From NCBI GenBank assembly GCA_024275485.1, contig JAJRZA010000033.1:26487-90486 (forward strand): 64,000 nt of DNA, in the 5' to 3' direction. A program made the translations under genes and the position numbers. The stretch's first letter is position 1, and each line of letters opens with the position of its first letter. The stretch comes from Candidatus Krumholzibacteriota bacterium. Its GTDB lineage: Bacteria > Krumholzibacteriota > Krumholzibacteriia > LZORAL124-64-63. The notes under the pieces were generated by a model. It was not told the DNA's origin. It worked only from the letters and a program-made list of their open reading frames with translations, and searched no databases. Shown piece after piece: positions 26,929-35,869 of the stretch.

Positions 26929-28917
26929 ATGATCAGTCTCGAGGTTTTGTATTCACTTATTGAGGAAAATTACGTTTTCCTGCTGGACTGCGATGCCGAT
27001 GAAAAATTGATTTACTGTAGCAAAGAGCTGAAAAAAAATCTGGGACTTCACCATCCGGCCAGCGTAGTGCCCCATCTTGAAGATGTGCTCGACCCGGCGG
27101 CAATCATCTCTTTTCGCAAAGCCATTTGCAGCGTCAACGAGGGCACCCGCGGCATCAACGCAATGCTGACTCCCAAGCGTCTGCGTTCAACCAATCTTCC
27201 CATGCATGTGCGGTACGTGGAAGAAGATGGCAATAAACACTATCTATTTTTTGGTGCCCAGATAGACACCCTCAACCAAATCAACGACTGGGAAAGGGAA
27301 GAACGAGTCAAGGAGCTGAGTTGTTTGTATGGAGTCGCCGAATGGATCGAAACTTCTCCCAACATCCATGAATTTTTTTCCAAACTGCCGAAATACCTGG
27401 CACCGGGAATGCGCTATCCTGCCGAAGCCGCCATCTATTCCATCTACAATGATGTGGAGTATGGACAGGAGCCGGTCGGCGATGACTTCATCGTTGCTTT
27501 CTTGGTGGTCAACGGCGAACTCAAGGGTGAAATTCGCATCGGCTATATTCGTGATAGCCATGAGTTGCTGCCCGAAGAGCAGAAAATGCTCAGCGAGATC
27601 GGGCGTATCCTGAATCTGGCCATGGAGCGCAAGGAATTGTCCGACGGGGTGGCCCTGAAACAGGAAGAGGAAGCGGAGTTTCGGGAGCGACTGGCACAGC
27701 TGGAAAAAAAAATCAGTGCCCGAGAAGGCGAGCTCGAAGTCCAGCAACAAAAATTGAGCACCGCCGACAGCTACCTCCAACGCATCAACAGTGGTTGGGA
27801 AAAAGCCAGTCGGCGCATGGAGACCATGTTCAAGGCCATGCCTGATCCGGTGATGCTCATTGATCCGGACCTGAACGTGGTTATGAGCAACAAAGCCGAC
27901 GTGCAAACGGGGGAAAAATGTTACCGGGCATACTTCCAGCGTGAAACTCCGTGCCCGGATTGCCGCATCAGTAAAGTTATCCGTGACAAAACACCTGTCA
28001 CCAGCAACATCCGGCAGGAGGGAAAATTTCTCCAATTGCACACCCTACCTGTATTCAACGAGAATCAGGAGGTCGACGGCATCCTGGAGTTCTTGAGGGA
28101 TATCACCCTGGAAAAAACCTACGAGCAGCAAATCCAGCAGGCTGACAAACTGGCCAGCCTCGGGCAATTGGTCAGCGGAATCGGCCATGAGATCAACAAT
28201 CCCAACCAGTTCATCCGGGGCAATGTAAAAATCGTTCGCCAGGCTCTGGAAGACATGCTGCCCATTGTCGACGCCTACTACGAAACCCACCCGGACCTGA
28301 AGATTGCCCGCCTGAAATACGCTTTTTTCAAGGATCACATCATGACACTGGTGGAGGATATGTCCCACGGCAGTGAACGCATCAAGGGTATCGTCGACGG
28401 GTTGCGCGGCTTTGCCCGCAAAGACGAAGGCCTGCTGGTCGACACGGTTGATGTAAACACCCTGCTGGGCGCCACGACCCGCCTGGTGCAAAACGAAGTC
28501 AACAAGCACGCCACCATTGAGCTGGACCTGGGCGAAGACCTTCCCTCCTTCTCCGGCAACAGCCAGAAAATCGAGCAGGTTCTGGTGAACCTGATCGTCA
28601 ACGCCGCCCAAGCCATGGCCGATGATGTGAAGGGACTGATCAGGGTCACCACCAGAAGGGAAGGCAGCCACATAGCCATCCGCATCGCCGACAATGGCCG
28701 TGGTATGGATGAAAAGACCCAGAAGCAGATATTCGACCCCTTCTTTACCACCAAACGAACCAAAGGCGGCACGGGCCTGGGCCTGGCCATCTCTTTCCGA
28801 ATCATTGAAGAACATGGCGGCACCATCACCGTTGCCAGTGAATTCCACAAGGGTACCACCTTCACCGTCCGCCTCCCGGTCGGGGACGACGACACCAAAA
28901 TGGCGGAGAAATCATGA
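26929..28917 (+). CDS. PAS-domain sensor histidine kinase
   Basis: The ATG follows AAGGAG. An H-box GHEINNP and HATPase_c blocks (NLIVNA, DNGRGMD, GGTGLGL) are present; the N-terminal half is PAS-like with a coiled coil. Confidence 0.8.
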   Translation: MISLEVLYSLIEENYVFLLDCDADEKLIYCSKELKKNLGLHHPASVVPHLEDVLDPAAIISFRKAICSVNEGTRGINAMLTPKRLRSTNLPMHVRYVEEDGNKHYLFFGAQIDTLNQINDWEREERVKELSCLYGVAEWIETSPNIHEFFSKLPKYLAPGMRYPAEAAIYSIYNDVEYGQEPVGDDFIVAFLVVNGELKGEIRIGYIRDSHELLPEEQKMLSEIGRILNLAMERKELSDGVALKQEEEAEFRERLAQLEKKISAREGELEVQQQKLSTADSYLQRINSGWEKASRRMETMFKAMPDPVMLIDPDLNVVMSNKADVQTGEKCYRAYFQRETPCPDCRISKVIRDKTPVTSNIRQEGKFLQLHTLPVFNENQEVDGILEFLRDITLEKTYEQQIQQADKLASLGQLVSGIGHEINNPNQFIRGNVKIVRQALEDMLPIVDAYYETHPDLKIARLKYAFFKDHIMTLVEDMSHGSERIKGIVDGLRGFARKDEGLLVDTVDVNTLLGATTRLVQNEVNKHATIELDLGEDLPSFSGNSQKIEQVLVNLIVNAAQAMADDVKGLIRVTTRREGSHIAIRIADNGRGMDEKTQKQIFDPFFTTKRTKGGTGLGLAISFRIIEEHGGTITVASEFHKGTTFTVRLPVGDDDTKMAEKS

Positions 28918-30290
28918 GTGAAAACAGCAATGGAAACATGAGAAAAGTGCTCATCGTTGACGATGATGTGGCCGTGACCAACTACTTCATGGTTTTCCTG
29001 ATGCAGACGGAAATTTTTGAACCCGAAGTGGAAAATGACTCCCGGAAAGTTGCCGGCCTGCTCAAGGACAACACCTACGATGTGATCATGCTCGATCTGG
29101 ATATGCCCAATGTCACGGGCATGGAAATCCTGCGCCAGATGCGGGCCGAAGGCCACGTAACCCCCGTGATCATCCTCACCGGAGTCAGTGACGTGGACCT
29201 GGCCGTAAAATCCATGAAGTATGGTGCCTTCGACTACTTGACCAAACCCGTTGACGACGAACACCTGCTGGAAGTGCTCAGCAGTGCCGTTGAGAAAGGA
29301 AGTCTCCAACAGTCCATGGAAGAATTGCCGGCCGAATCCACCGCCGACGATCTGGAGTTTCAATCGGCATTTGAACACCTGCCCACCCAAGACCCGGCCA
29401 TGTTGAACCTATTCCATCAGGCAGAGACTTTGGCCGAAAGCAACTTGAATATATTCATCTCCGGCGAACGGGGCTCTGGGAAAAAGTCCCTGGCCAGAGC
29501 CGTTCACAAAGCCAGCGGACGCCAGGAGGGCCCGTGCAAGGCCCTGGATTGCACAACACACACGCCGGATGAATTTTCCGGTGTCCTCTTCGGCCGGGCC
29601 AAGGACTGGAGCGGCATCAGCGAGGAGATCCCCGGCGCCCTGAGCGATTCCTCCGGCGGCACCCTCTTCATCAACAACATCGAACACATGAGCCCGGCGG
29701 TGCAACTGCGCTTGAATCATGTGCTACATACTGGTGAATACTACCGGGACAACAGTACCGAAATCCTGCAGGCCGATGTGCGTTTTATCGTTTCCTCAAC
29801 CCACGACCTGACAGGCAGTCAGTTTCGGGAAAGTTTCTCCAGGGATCTGCTCTACCATGTGATGGTCAACAGTCTGCAGATCCCTCCACTGCGGGATCGT
29901 CCCACTGATATTCCTATTCTGGCCAATTTCTTTTTGGCTGAGGAGAATCGGTGCAACAATAAAAAAATCAAAGGTATCACCGATGAGTTGATGGCACTTC
30001 TCACTCAATATTTCTTTCCTGGCAACATGCAGGAACTGCGAAAACTGATTCTCTCGGCCATTGCCGCCACCACTGATGATATGCTCGGCGCCGAAGATCT
30101 TTCCACCTATTCCCGGGAGCGCATCACCCTGGGTACCTGTCGGGGGCCCTTCCGGCCCAGGAAGCTGCAGAATATCATCAGGGAGCAAGTTGCAGATACC
30201 ATCAAATATTGCAAGGGCAACCCAGAAGAGGCCGCCCGTCTGCTGGATATTTCACTGGAGGAAATGAACAGTTACCTGCCTCAGGACTAG
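28914..30290 (+). CDS. NtrC-family response regulator (receiver, AAA+, Fis-type HTH) with a degenerate sigma-54 interaction module
   Basis: The receiver reads VLIVDDD...DLDMP...TKP. The AAA+ region reads GERGSGKK in place of GESGTGKE. GAFTGA is replaced by KDWSGI, Walker B reads NNIE instead of DEIG, and FPGNMQELR replaces WPGNVRELE. The C-terminal HTH is intact. Confidence 0.7.
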   Translation: MSENSNGNMRKVLIVDDDVAVTNYFMVFLMQTEIFEPEVENDSRKVAGLLKDNTYDVIMLDLDMPNVTGMEILRQMRAEGHVTPVIILTGVSDVDLAVKSMKYGAFDYLTKPVDDEHLLEVLSSAVEKGSLQQSMEELPAESTADDLEFQSAFEHLPTQDPAMLNLFHQAETLAESNLNIFISGERGSGKKSLARAVHKASGRQEGPCKALDCTTHTPDEFSGVLFGRAKDWSGISEEIPGALSDSSGGTLFINNIEHMSPAVQLRLNHVLHTGEYYRDNSTEILQADVRFIVSSTHDLTGSQFRESFSRDLLYHVMVNSLQIPPLRDRPTDIPILANFFLAEENRCNNKKIKGITDELMALLTQYFFPGNMQELRKLILSAIAATTDDMLGAEDLSTYSRERITLGTCRGPFRPRKLQNIIREQVADTIKYCKGNPEEAARLLDISLEEMNSYLPQD

Positions 30291-30306
30291 AGTCCCCGCA
30301 GAAGGA

Positions 30307-30861
30307 TCACGACCAGGGTTTTTCCCGAATCAGGGTCAGGAATTCGGCCCGGGTCTTGGGATCATTCTTGAAACAACCCAGCATTTCGCTGGTGACGGCA
30401 TTACTGTTCTGCTTCTGAACCCCTCGCATCATCATGCACAAGTGCTGGGCGTGCAAGGTGACAGCCACTCCAAGGGGTTGCAGGTTTTCCATGAGGCAGG
30501 TGGCAATCTGGGCGGTCATACGCTCCTGGACCTGCAGCCTGCGGGAATACACCTCTACCACCCGGGCAATTTTGGACAACCCGACAATTTTATCGTTCGG
30601 AATATAGGCCACATGGGCTCTGCCGAAAAACGGCAGCATATGATGCTCGCAAACACTGTAGAAATCGATATCGTTGACAATGACCATTTCCTGGCCTTCG
30701 GCTTCAAAAAGAGCCCCCCGCACCATTTCACCAGGATTTTTTTCGCCTCCGCCGATTATCTCCTGCCAAGCACGAGCCACCCGTTCGGGTGTTTTGACAA
30801 GACCTTCACGCTCGGGATCCTCACCCAGTTTGACCAGCATTTCACGAATGAGTTTTTCCAT
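30307..30861 (-). CDS. folE: GTP cyclohydrolase I
   Basis: The start [29 protein letters not shown] and the block CEHHMLPF match the family. The start is set at the conserved Met; the track ORF extends 59 codons upstream. Confidence 0.85.
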   Translation of the reverse strand: MEKLIREMLVKLGEDPEREGLVKTPERVARAWQEIIGGGEKNPGEMVRGALFEAEGQEMVIVNDIDFYSVCEHHMLPFFGRAHVAYIPNDKIVGLSKIARVVEVYSRRLQVQERMTAQIATCLMENLQPLGVAVTLHAQHLCMMMRGVQKQNSNAVTSEMLGCFKNDPKTRAEFLTLIREKPWS

Positions 30862-31083
30862 GGTCCAGAACTCCAGTTTGTTGCATTGAGCACGATGACT
30901 AGGCACCAGCGGCTGATTTTGTCTTCCGAGGCAAAAAGAACCAGGCCCCGGATCGTCCAATAGGTCAAGATTATAGCAGATTGCCCCAACGTCAAGAAAC
31001 CTGACCCGCTGAACCGCAAATCTTTCAAATTCGGGCACGTCTCATGCTTTACAAGGGTTGATTGTGAAAATATCGTGCAATTT

Positions 31084-31186
31084 GATTCTGAATTGCACCT
31101 TGGAAAAAAGGGCCCTCGCAGTGACCCGTTGTCTGGTGGCTTGTTCCCCCCGATCCACCGGGCCGGCAGCGAATGGCCCTTTTTTT
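31084..31186 (+). ncRNA. Candidate small RNA in the purN-folE spacer
   Basis: A sigma-70-like -35 TTTACA (31048-31053), a 17-nt spacer and -10 TATCGT (31071-31076) precede it. The putative transcript begins with a perfect hairpin GCAATT-N8-AATTGC and ends with GGGCC-N10-GGCCC plus 7 T (31160-31186). No plus-strand CDS lies upstream. Confidence 0.25.
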
Positions 31187-31784
31187 ATTCCTGACGAATC
31201 TCTGCCGCCAGATTGGCAAGTACCCTTGGATACAACTCACACTCTGCAGCGAAGACCCTGGATGCCAGGCTATCAACGTCGTCATCCGGAAAAACGGGCA
31301 CTATTTGTTGTCCCAGGATGCGGCCCGTATCGTATTGATCATCCACCAAATGCACGGTGCACCCACTCTGCACATCTCCTGCATCAATCACCGCCTCGTG
31401 AACCTTGTCTCCATAATACCCCTGGCCTCCATATTTGGGCAACAGGGCCGGATGGATGTTCACCACCGGGCCGGTGAATCCTTCAGGCTGCATATAGAAA
31501 CAGAGGTACCCCGCCAAAACGATCAGCTCCGGACAAAACCGGGCCAACCAATTGTTGATGGCCTCATTGTGAGATTTGATGCTTTCGTATCGGCGAGGAG
31601 GAAAAACCCCTACCGGAATGTTCGCACTTCGGGCGATCTCAACCCCTCGCACATCCCTGCGACTCGAGACAACCGCCACTATTTCCAGGGCCAACTCCCC
31701 CGCGTCGATTCTACCCAGAAAATTGGTCAGGGTTCGGCCGCTACCGCTCAACAAGACGACGCATTGAACGGGGTTCATGCTCAC
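31185..31784 (-). CDS. purN: Phosphoribosylglycinamide formyltransferase
   Basis: Contains VLLSGSGRTLTNF and LIVLAGY, followed by IHPALLPKYGG. Confidence 0.85.
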   Translation of the reverse strand: MSMNPVQCVVLLSGSGRTLTNFLGRIDAGELALEIVAVVSSRRDVRGVEIARSANIPVGVFPPRRYESIKSHNEAINNWLARFCPELIVLAGYLCFYMQPEGFTGPVVNIHPALLPKYGGQGYYGDKVHEAVIDAGDVQSGCTVHLVDDQYDTGRILGQQIVPVFPDDDVDSLASRVFAAECELYPRVLANLAAEIRQE

Positions 31785-33466
31785 GCCACCTCACTCTTCA
31801 TGAAGTCCAGGGTTTTGCGATGGCTGGCCAGGGACACCAACAACCAGAGCATCAGAAAGCAGAACAACGGCCAGGCTCCCCAGCGCACATAGGCGGTGCG
31901 ACCACTGCCGGGCATTATTTCAGCTTGAACCAGGCCCCGCCTACCTAACCCCAGTTCATCCAGGACACGACCCTGATCATCGCAGATCAGGCTGATTCCG
32001 TTGTTGGCGCAGCGAATAAGAGGCACCGAGCACTCGGCGGCCCGCAACAAGGCCATCTTGGTGTGTTGGCGTGGGCCTGCTGTCTCGCCAAACCAACCGT
32101 CGTTGGTCAGGACAATCAGACACCGACTTCCACGCCGCACCGAATTGCGCGCCTGGTGGGCCAGGATCGACTCAAAACAAATCAGGCCGGAAAAGGGCAA
32201 ATACCCTTTCTCGGTGGGCAGCATCATGGGATGGGGAGGCAGGCCTGGAGTCCATTCCGCTTGTCCCACATCGATTTTGGCCAGGGCTGGAATCAGGGAA
32301 GTGAAGGGCATCGCTTCGCCAATTGGCAAAAGATGATACTTGGCGTAACGGTCCAGGAGCGTCCCACTGGGTGAAAACAGACCCGAAGAATTGTATTTAT
32401 TGAGTGTCTCGTCGGGCATGCGCTCAGCATCAGGAAAACCGGTGTACAGGGCAACTCCCGCCTCCCTGATGACTGCCCGCAGCCAATTCAAATGGCGGGT
32501 ATCAAAGCGGGGATAAGCTGGAATGGCAGTCTCGGCCCAAACCACAAACTCGGCACCGGCTGCGGCCGCCTCCAGGGTCAGATTTTTGTATGGGATGCGG
32601 GTTGAATCGATTTTGCTGCTCTGCCATTTGTCACTGAGGGATACATCGGCCTGGATGGCTGCCACATTCAACGGCCCGCTCAGCATTTGCGCAGCTTCGT
32701 CCTGGGCCTGGGGCTTCACCCTGGCCAGTTGTGGCACCAGGCGGGATCCTCCCACAAGGCCCAAACCCAGCACAATGGTTCCAGCAACGGCGATCAATGC
32801 AGGACGATGAAACACGTTTCCCTCGCGCCACCGAAGCCATAGTAGGGCCAGGGCAAGCCCCACAAAAACAATCAGGGCGCTGGCCCCTATTTCCCCACTG
32901 GCCGGCAGCAGTCCCATCAGGGGACCATCCACCACGGAACTGCCGGTCAGGCACCAGGGGAAAGCCATCTCGCCCTTGGCGCGCAGGGCTTCCATGCCGG
33001 TCCAAAACACCGGCATCAGCAGGATGGCGCAAGAGAAGCCAAGCCGTCGGCGCACCAAACCAAACAGCCACCCCAGCAGAAAATAGAAACCAGTGACATA
33101 AAGAATGGCCAGAGAGGCTTGAACGGGTACCAGGGCCCGGGTGGGGATGGATTTGGCCGGAATCAAAAGGAACAACCAATGCAGCAGACTGGTTTGATGG
33201 ACCAAGGCAAATATCCACATCAGCCGGCCCGGTTTTTCCGCGTTGCGCAGGGCCACAAAGAGAATGGCCAGTCCAACCGGGACCAGCATCCCCGTCCCCA
33301 CCAGGGGAGGCAAGCCCAAAGTGACCATCAAACCAGCCAAAATGGTCAGATTGAAAGTTTTTGGCGGCACCCACCATGGCGTATTCATGGTGCCCGTTTG
33401 TATTGGTAGATTCATGAAAGGCAAAATACCTGACCACCGGGTGAGTGTAAAGCGCGGGTTACTCAA
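31781..33466 (-). CDS. lnt: Apolipoprotein N-acyltransferase
   Basis: A polytopic N-terminal half is followed by a CN-hydrolase domain (VVWAETAIP, ICFESIL); the exact start is uncertain. Confidence 0.8.
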   Translation of the reverse strand: MSNPRFTLTRWSGILPFMNLPIQTGTMNTPWWVPPKTFNLTILAGLMVTLGLPPLVGTGMLVPVGLAILFVALRNAEKPGRLMWIFALVHQTSLLHWLFLLIPAKSIPTRALVPVQASLAILYVTGFYFLLGWLFGLVRRRLGFSCAILLMPVFWTGMEALRAKGEMAFPWCLTGSSVVDGPLMGLLPASGEIGASALIVFVGLALALLWLRWREGNVFHRPALIAVAGTIVLGLGLVGGSRLVPQLARVKPQAQDEAAQMLSGPLNVAAIQADVSLSDKWQSSKIDSTRIPYKNLTLEAAAAGAEFVVWAETAIPAYPRFDTRHLNWLRAVIREAGVALYTGFPDAERMPDETLNKYNSSGLFSPSGTLLDRYAKYHLLPIGEAMPFTSLIPALAKIDVGQAEWTPGLPPHPMMLPTEKGYLPFSGLICFESILAHQARNSVRRGSRCLIVLTNDGWFGETAGPRQHTKMALLRAAECSVPLIRCANNGISLICDDQGRVLDELGLGRRGLVQAEIMPGSGRTAYVRWGAWPLFCFLMLWLLVSLASHRKTLDFMKSEVA

Positions 33467-33480
33467 CCCTAGATTTCGAT

Positions 33481-35013
33481 CTACCGAACCTCCCGGCTTT
33501 CAATGAGGTCATGCATCCCATACCGGGCAATTTTCTTATACAAACCCTGCCGGGAAAGTCCCAATTGCCGGGCCGCGGGAGCTTTCCGGCCTTCGGCTGC
33601 CGCGATGGCTTTGCGGATGAGGAACTGCTCCAGGATCTGGTTGGCTTGATCCAACTTGCGCAAGGTGCCCAAATCCGATGGGTGGGCCAAACCATCGTCC
33701 CCGGTCTGCACATCCATGGAGAGATGGTTGGGTTTGATGCGATTCACCTTGGGATATAGAGCCAAAAACCTCATGACCTCGTTTTCCAGTTCCCGTACAT
33801 TGCCCGGCCAGCGCCAGGATTGCAAGAGTTGCAGGGCCTCTTCGGAAATGGTGACCTTTTCAGCAGCCCTACCACCCTTTTGCAGGAAGTAGGAGAAAAG
33901 CGGCAGAATGTCTTCCGGCCGATGCCGCAGCGGTGGAATCACCATATTGACAACCTTCAAGCGATAATAAAGATCCAGCCGGAACCGGCCGGTTTCAATT
34001 TCCAGTTGAAGATCCTTGTGGGTGGCCGCCACGAAGCGCAAATCCACGGCCACTCCTTTCAGGTCTCCAATACGACGGACGGTTCTTTCCTGCATCACAC
34101 GTAGGAGTTTGATTTGCAGGGCCAAAGGCATGTCCCCAATTTCATCCAGAAAAAATGTGCCACCGCTTGCTGATGCCAGCAACCCCTTTTTATCGCCCTG
34201 GGCACCTGTGAACGAGCCCGCCTTGTGTCCGAAGAGTTCGCTTTCAAAAAGGGATTCCGGCAGGGCTGCACAGTTCTGCCCCACAAACGGTCCCCCCTTC
34301 CTCGGACTGCAAATATGCAAAGCCTGGGCAACAATCTCCTTGCCCGTCCCACTCTCCCCATTCAAAAGGACATTCACCCCGCTGGCGGCAATGCTCTCCA
34401 ATCGCTCCCCCAGATGTTTCATCTCCTGACTCACTCCAACACAGCCGGGAATACCGGGAATTGTCAGAGGCCGTGGCATGGGAATGGCCCTAGTGCGGTC
34501 CGTGAGTTGAATTCTCTGCGGCTTGTGTTTGGCTGAAGAACCGACTTTCAGGTCAAATTCAGACAAGGGAAACAATGTGGGTTGCCAGGGAAAACCTCCA
34601 CCTGGTGCCATGGCGGGCACGGCACCCAATTGATCCAGCACCGGGGTCAAACGGGCGGCCAGGCGCTGGGACCAAAGGAACACCGCCTCCCGCCAAGGTC
34701 CATCCGACTGAAACCACACGCCAATGCATCCGTGCACCAAGGACCCACTCATGAGAGGCTCAACCCACAGGGCCTTATCCCTTTCCCAATGAGCCAACTC
34801 CTCCTTTCGTCGAGCCATGGCCTGCAAAAAACTGCTGAGAGGCGGACGGGCAGCCAGGCCATCGAGTCGGGCTTGACCGGTGGCCCAGGCGTAGAGAATT
34901 TTCAATGGCGAAGTGGGATCGCGACCTTCTCGGCGGACAACCCACAGAGCCACACCGTCGGCGCCGTGGGGAAAATTGCGCATTTCTTCATACCAAAAAC
35001 TCAAAGTATCCAT
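33481..35013 (-). CDS. Sigma-54-dependent transcriptional activator with an uncharacterised Trp-rich N-terminal sensory domain
   Basis: Has GESGTGKE, ESELFGHKAGSFTGA, GGTFFLDEIGDMP and WPGNVRELEN, plus a C-terminal Fis-type HTH. A GAGGGGG ribosome-binding site is present. Confidence 0.85.
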   Translation of the reverse strand: MDTLSFWYEEMRNFPHGADGVALWVVRREGRDPTSPLKILYAWATGQARLDGLAARPPLSSFLQAMARRKEELAHWERDKALWVEPLMSGSLVHGCIGVWFQSDGPWREAVFLWSQRLAARLTPVLDQLGAVPAMAPGGGFPWQPTLFPLSEFDLKVGSSAKHKPQRIQLTDRTRAIPMPRPLTIPGIPGCVGVSQEMKHLGERLESIAASGVNVLLNGESGTGKEIVAQALHICSPRKGGPFVGQNCAALPESLFESELFGHKAGSFTGAQGDKKGLLASASGGTFFLDEIGDMPLALQIKLLRVMQERTVRRIGDLKGVAVDLRFVAATHKDLQLEIETGRFRLDLYYRLKVVNMVIPPLRHRPEDILPLFSYFLQKGGRAAEKVTISEEALQLLQSWRWPGNVRELENEVMRFLALYPKVNRIKPNHLSMDVQTGDDGLAHPSDLGTLRKLDQANQILEQFLIRKAIAAAEGRKAPAARQLGLSRQGLYKKIARYGMHDLIESREVR

Positions 35014-35467
35014 GGAGCCCCCTCATTTGAAGATTAAATTTTGCGAACCTGTGATAATTTCATCAGGAGGGTTCCAGCCCTGCTGGCACTTTCGCTGGCA
35101 GGCGGAACAGGGGGCAGTTTGCAGAAGATATGCCGTGCAATTGGATGGGACCATGATTTGCATGCTGGGGATGCAAGACTAGAGAGGGAAAGGCTTTATT
35201 GGAGTGTGTTTGGATTAGGGAAATGGGAAGCAAAAATTGGTTTGTTTTTTTTGCATATCAGTGTTACGTGGTTGTTGCAGCTGAAGACTTCCGACCGACC
35301 ACAGAGCCCATCGGCAACGTCAATTCATTGTTGCACTTGACGTTACACCAGGGTGATAATTTGAGAATAGAAAACTGGACCTTTTCCACTGGGGTATTCT
35401 AATTCATTGGCATCAAAGCCGGAAGATCCTCGCAACCTGCTGGCCGACCCTTGTTATTCTATGATGA

Positions 35468-35563
35468 TTATGATCCCAACAAAGCCGGTACGGCAATTAC
35501 AAGAACCACCACCGCACAAACCAAAGCGATGACCAAACCACCCATTTCCTTGACCATACTCAT
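35468..35563 (-). CDS. Candidate 31-aa hydrophobic small membrane peptide (MSMVKEMGGLVIALVCAVVVLVIAVPALLGS)
   Basis: A strong ribosome-binding site AGGAGG sits 8 nt upstream of the ATG and the peptide forms a single predicted TM helix. It lies in an AT-richer 850-bp non-coding island between purM and the sigma-54 activator. Confidence 0.35.
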   Translation of the reverse strand: MSMVKEMGGLVIALVCAVVVLVIAVPALLGS

Positions 35564-35609
35564 TTTCCATTCCTCCTGTTAACCGTACCACCCAGCGAAA
35601 ATTCTGACC

Positions 35610-35627
35610 TTACAATTTGGCTCCCAA
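35610..35627 (-). promoter_or_regulatory. Weak sigma-54-type -24/-12 promoter candidate upstream of the small peptide ORF
   Basis: On the minus strand the sequence TGGGAG-ccaaa-TTGTA has the GG and TTG- elements at the correct spacing. The C of the GC dinucleotide is replaced by T, so the match is imperfect. Confidence 0.2.
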
Positions 35628-35869
35628 ATACCGGATTGCTCACAATACCTATATCGTTCAAAAGACATACCCATTGATCTTTTTGTTGATCCCCCCAAAT
35701 GGACAACCAAAAACCCACTCCCTCGCTTGAACTCCTGAGAATATCGCTAGGCTAAAATCAACCCAATATTTTGATATGATTATTTGTTTTCAGGCCTGTT
35801 TGTTTGGATTTCAGGTTGATTTTGGCTTTTGGGAAACCAGCGACATTCTCTTGGGCACAACTTTTGAAA

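Noticed and set aside
28335-29390. A 351-aa minus-strand ORF
   Set aside because: It is antisense to the histidine kinase and response regulator genes.
30862-31038. The N-terminal 59-codon extension of the folE ORF
   Set aside because: The conserved FolE N-terminus begins at the internal Met, with a GGAG ribosome-binding site. The upstream extension has no similarity and overlaps the spacer.
31150-31186. The hairpin plus T-run as the terminator of purN
   Set aside because: Its orientation is wrong for minus-strand transcription, since an A-run precedes the stem on that strand. It is a plus-strand terminator, hence the sRNA hypothesis.
35086-35102. A plus-strand TGGCAC-tttcg-CTGGCA that looks like a sigma-54 -24/-12 promoter
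   Set aside because: The -24 hexamer is perfect, but the -12 GC dinucleotide falls at the wrong spacing (TG at the expected position). No plus-strand gene follows it.
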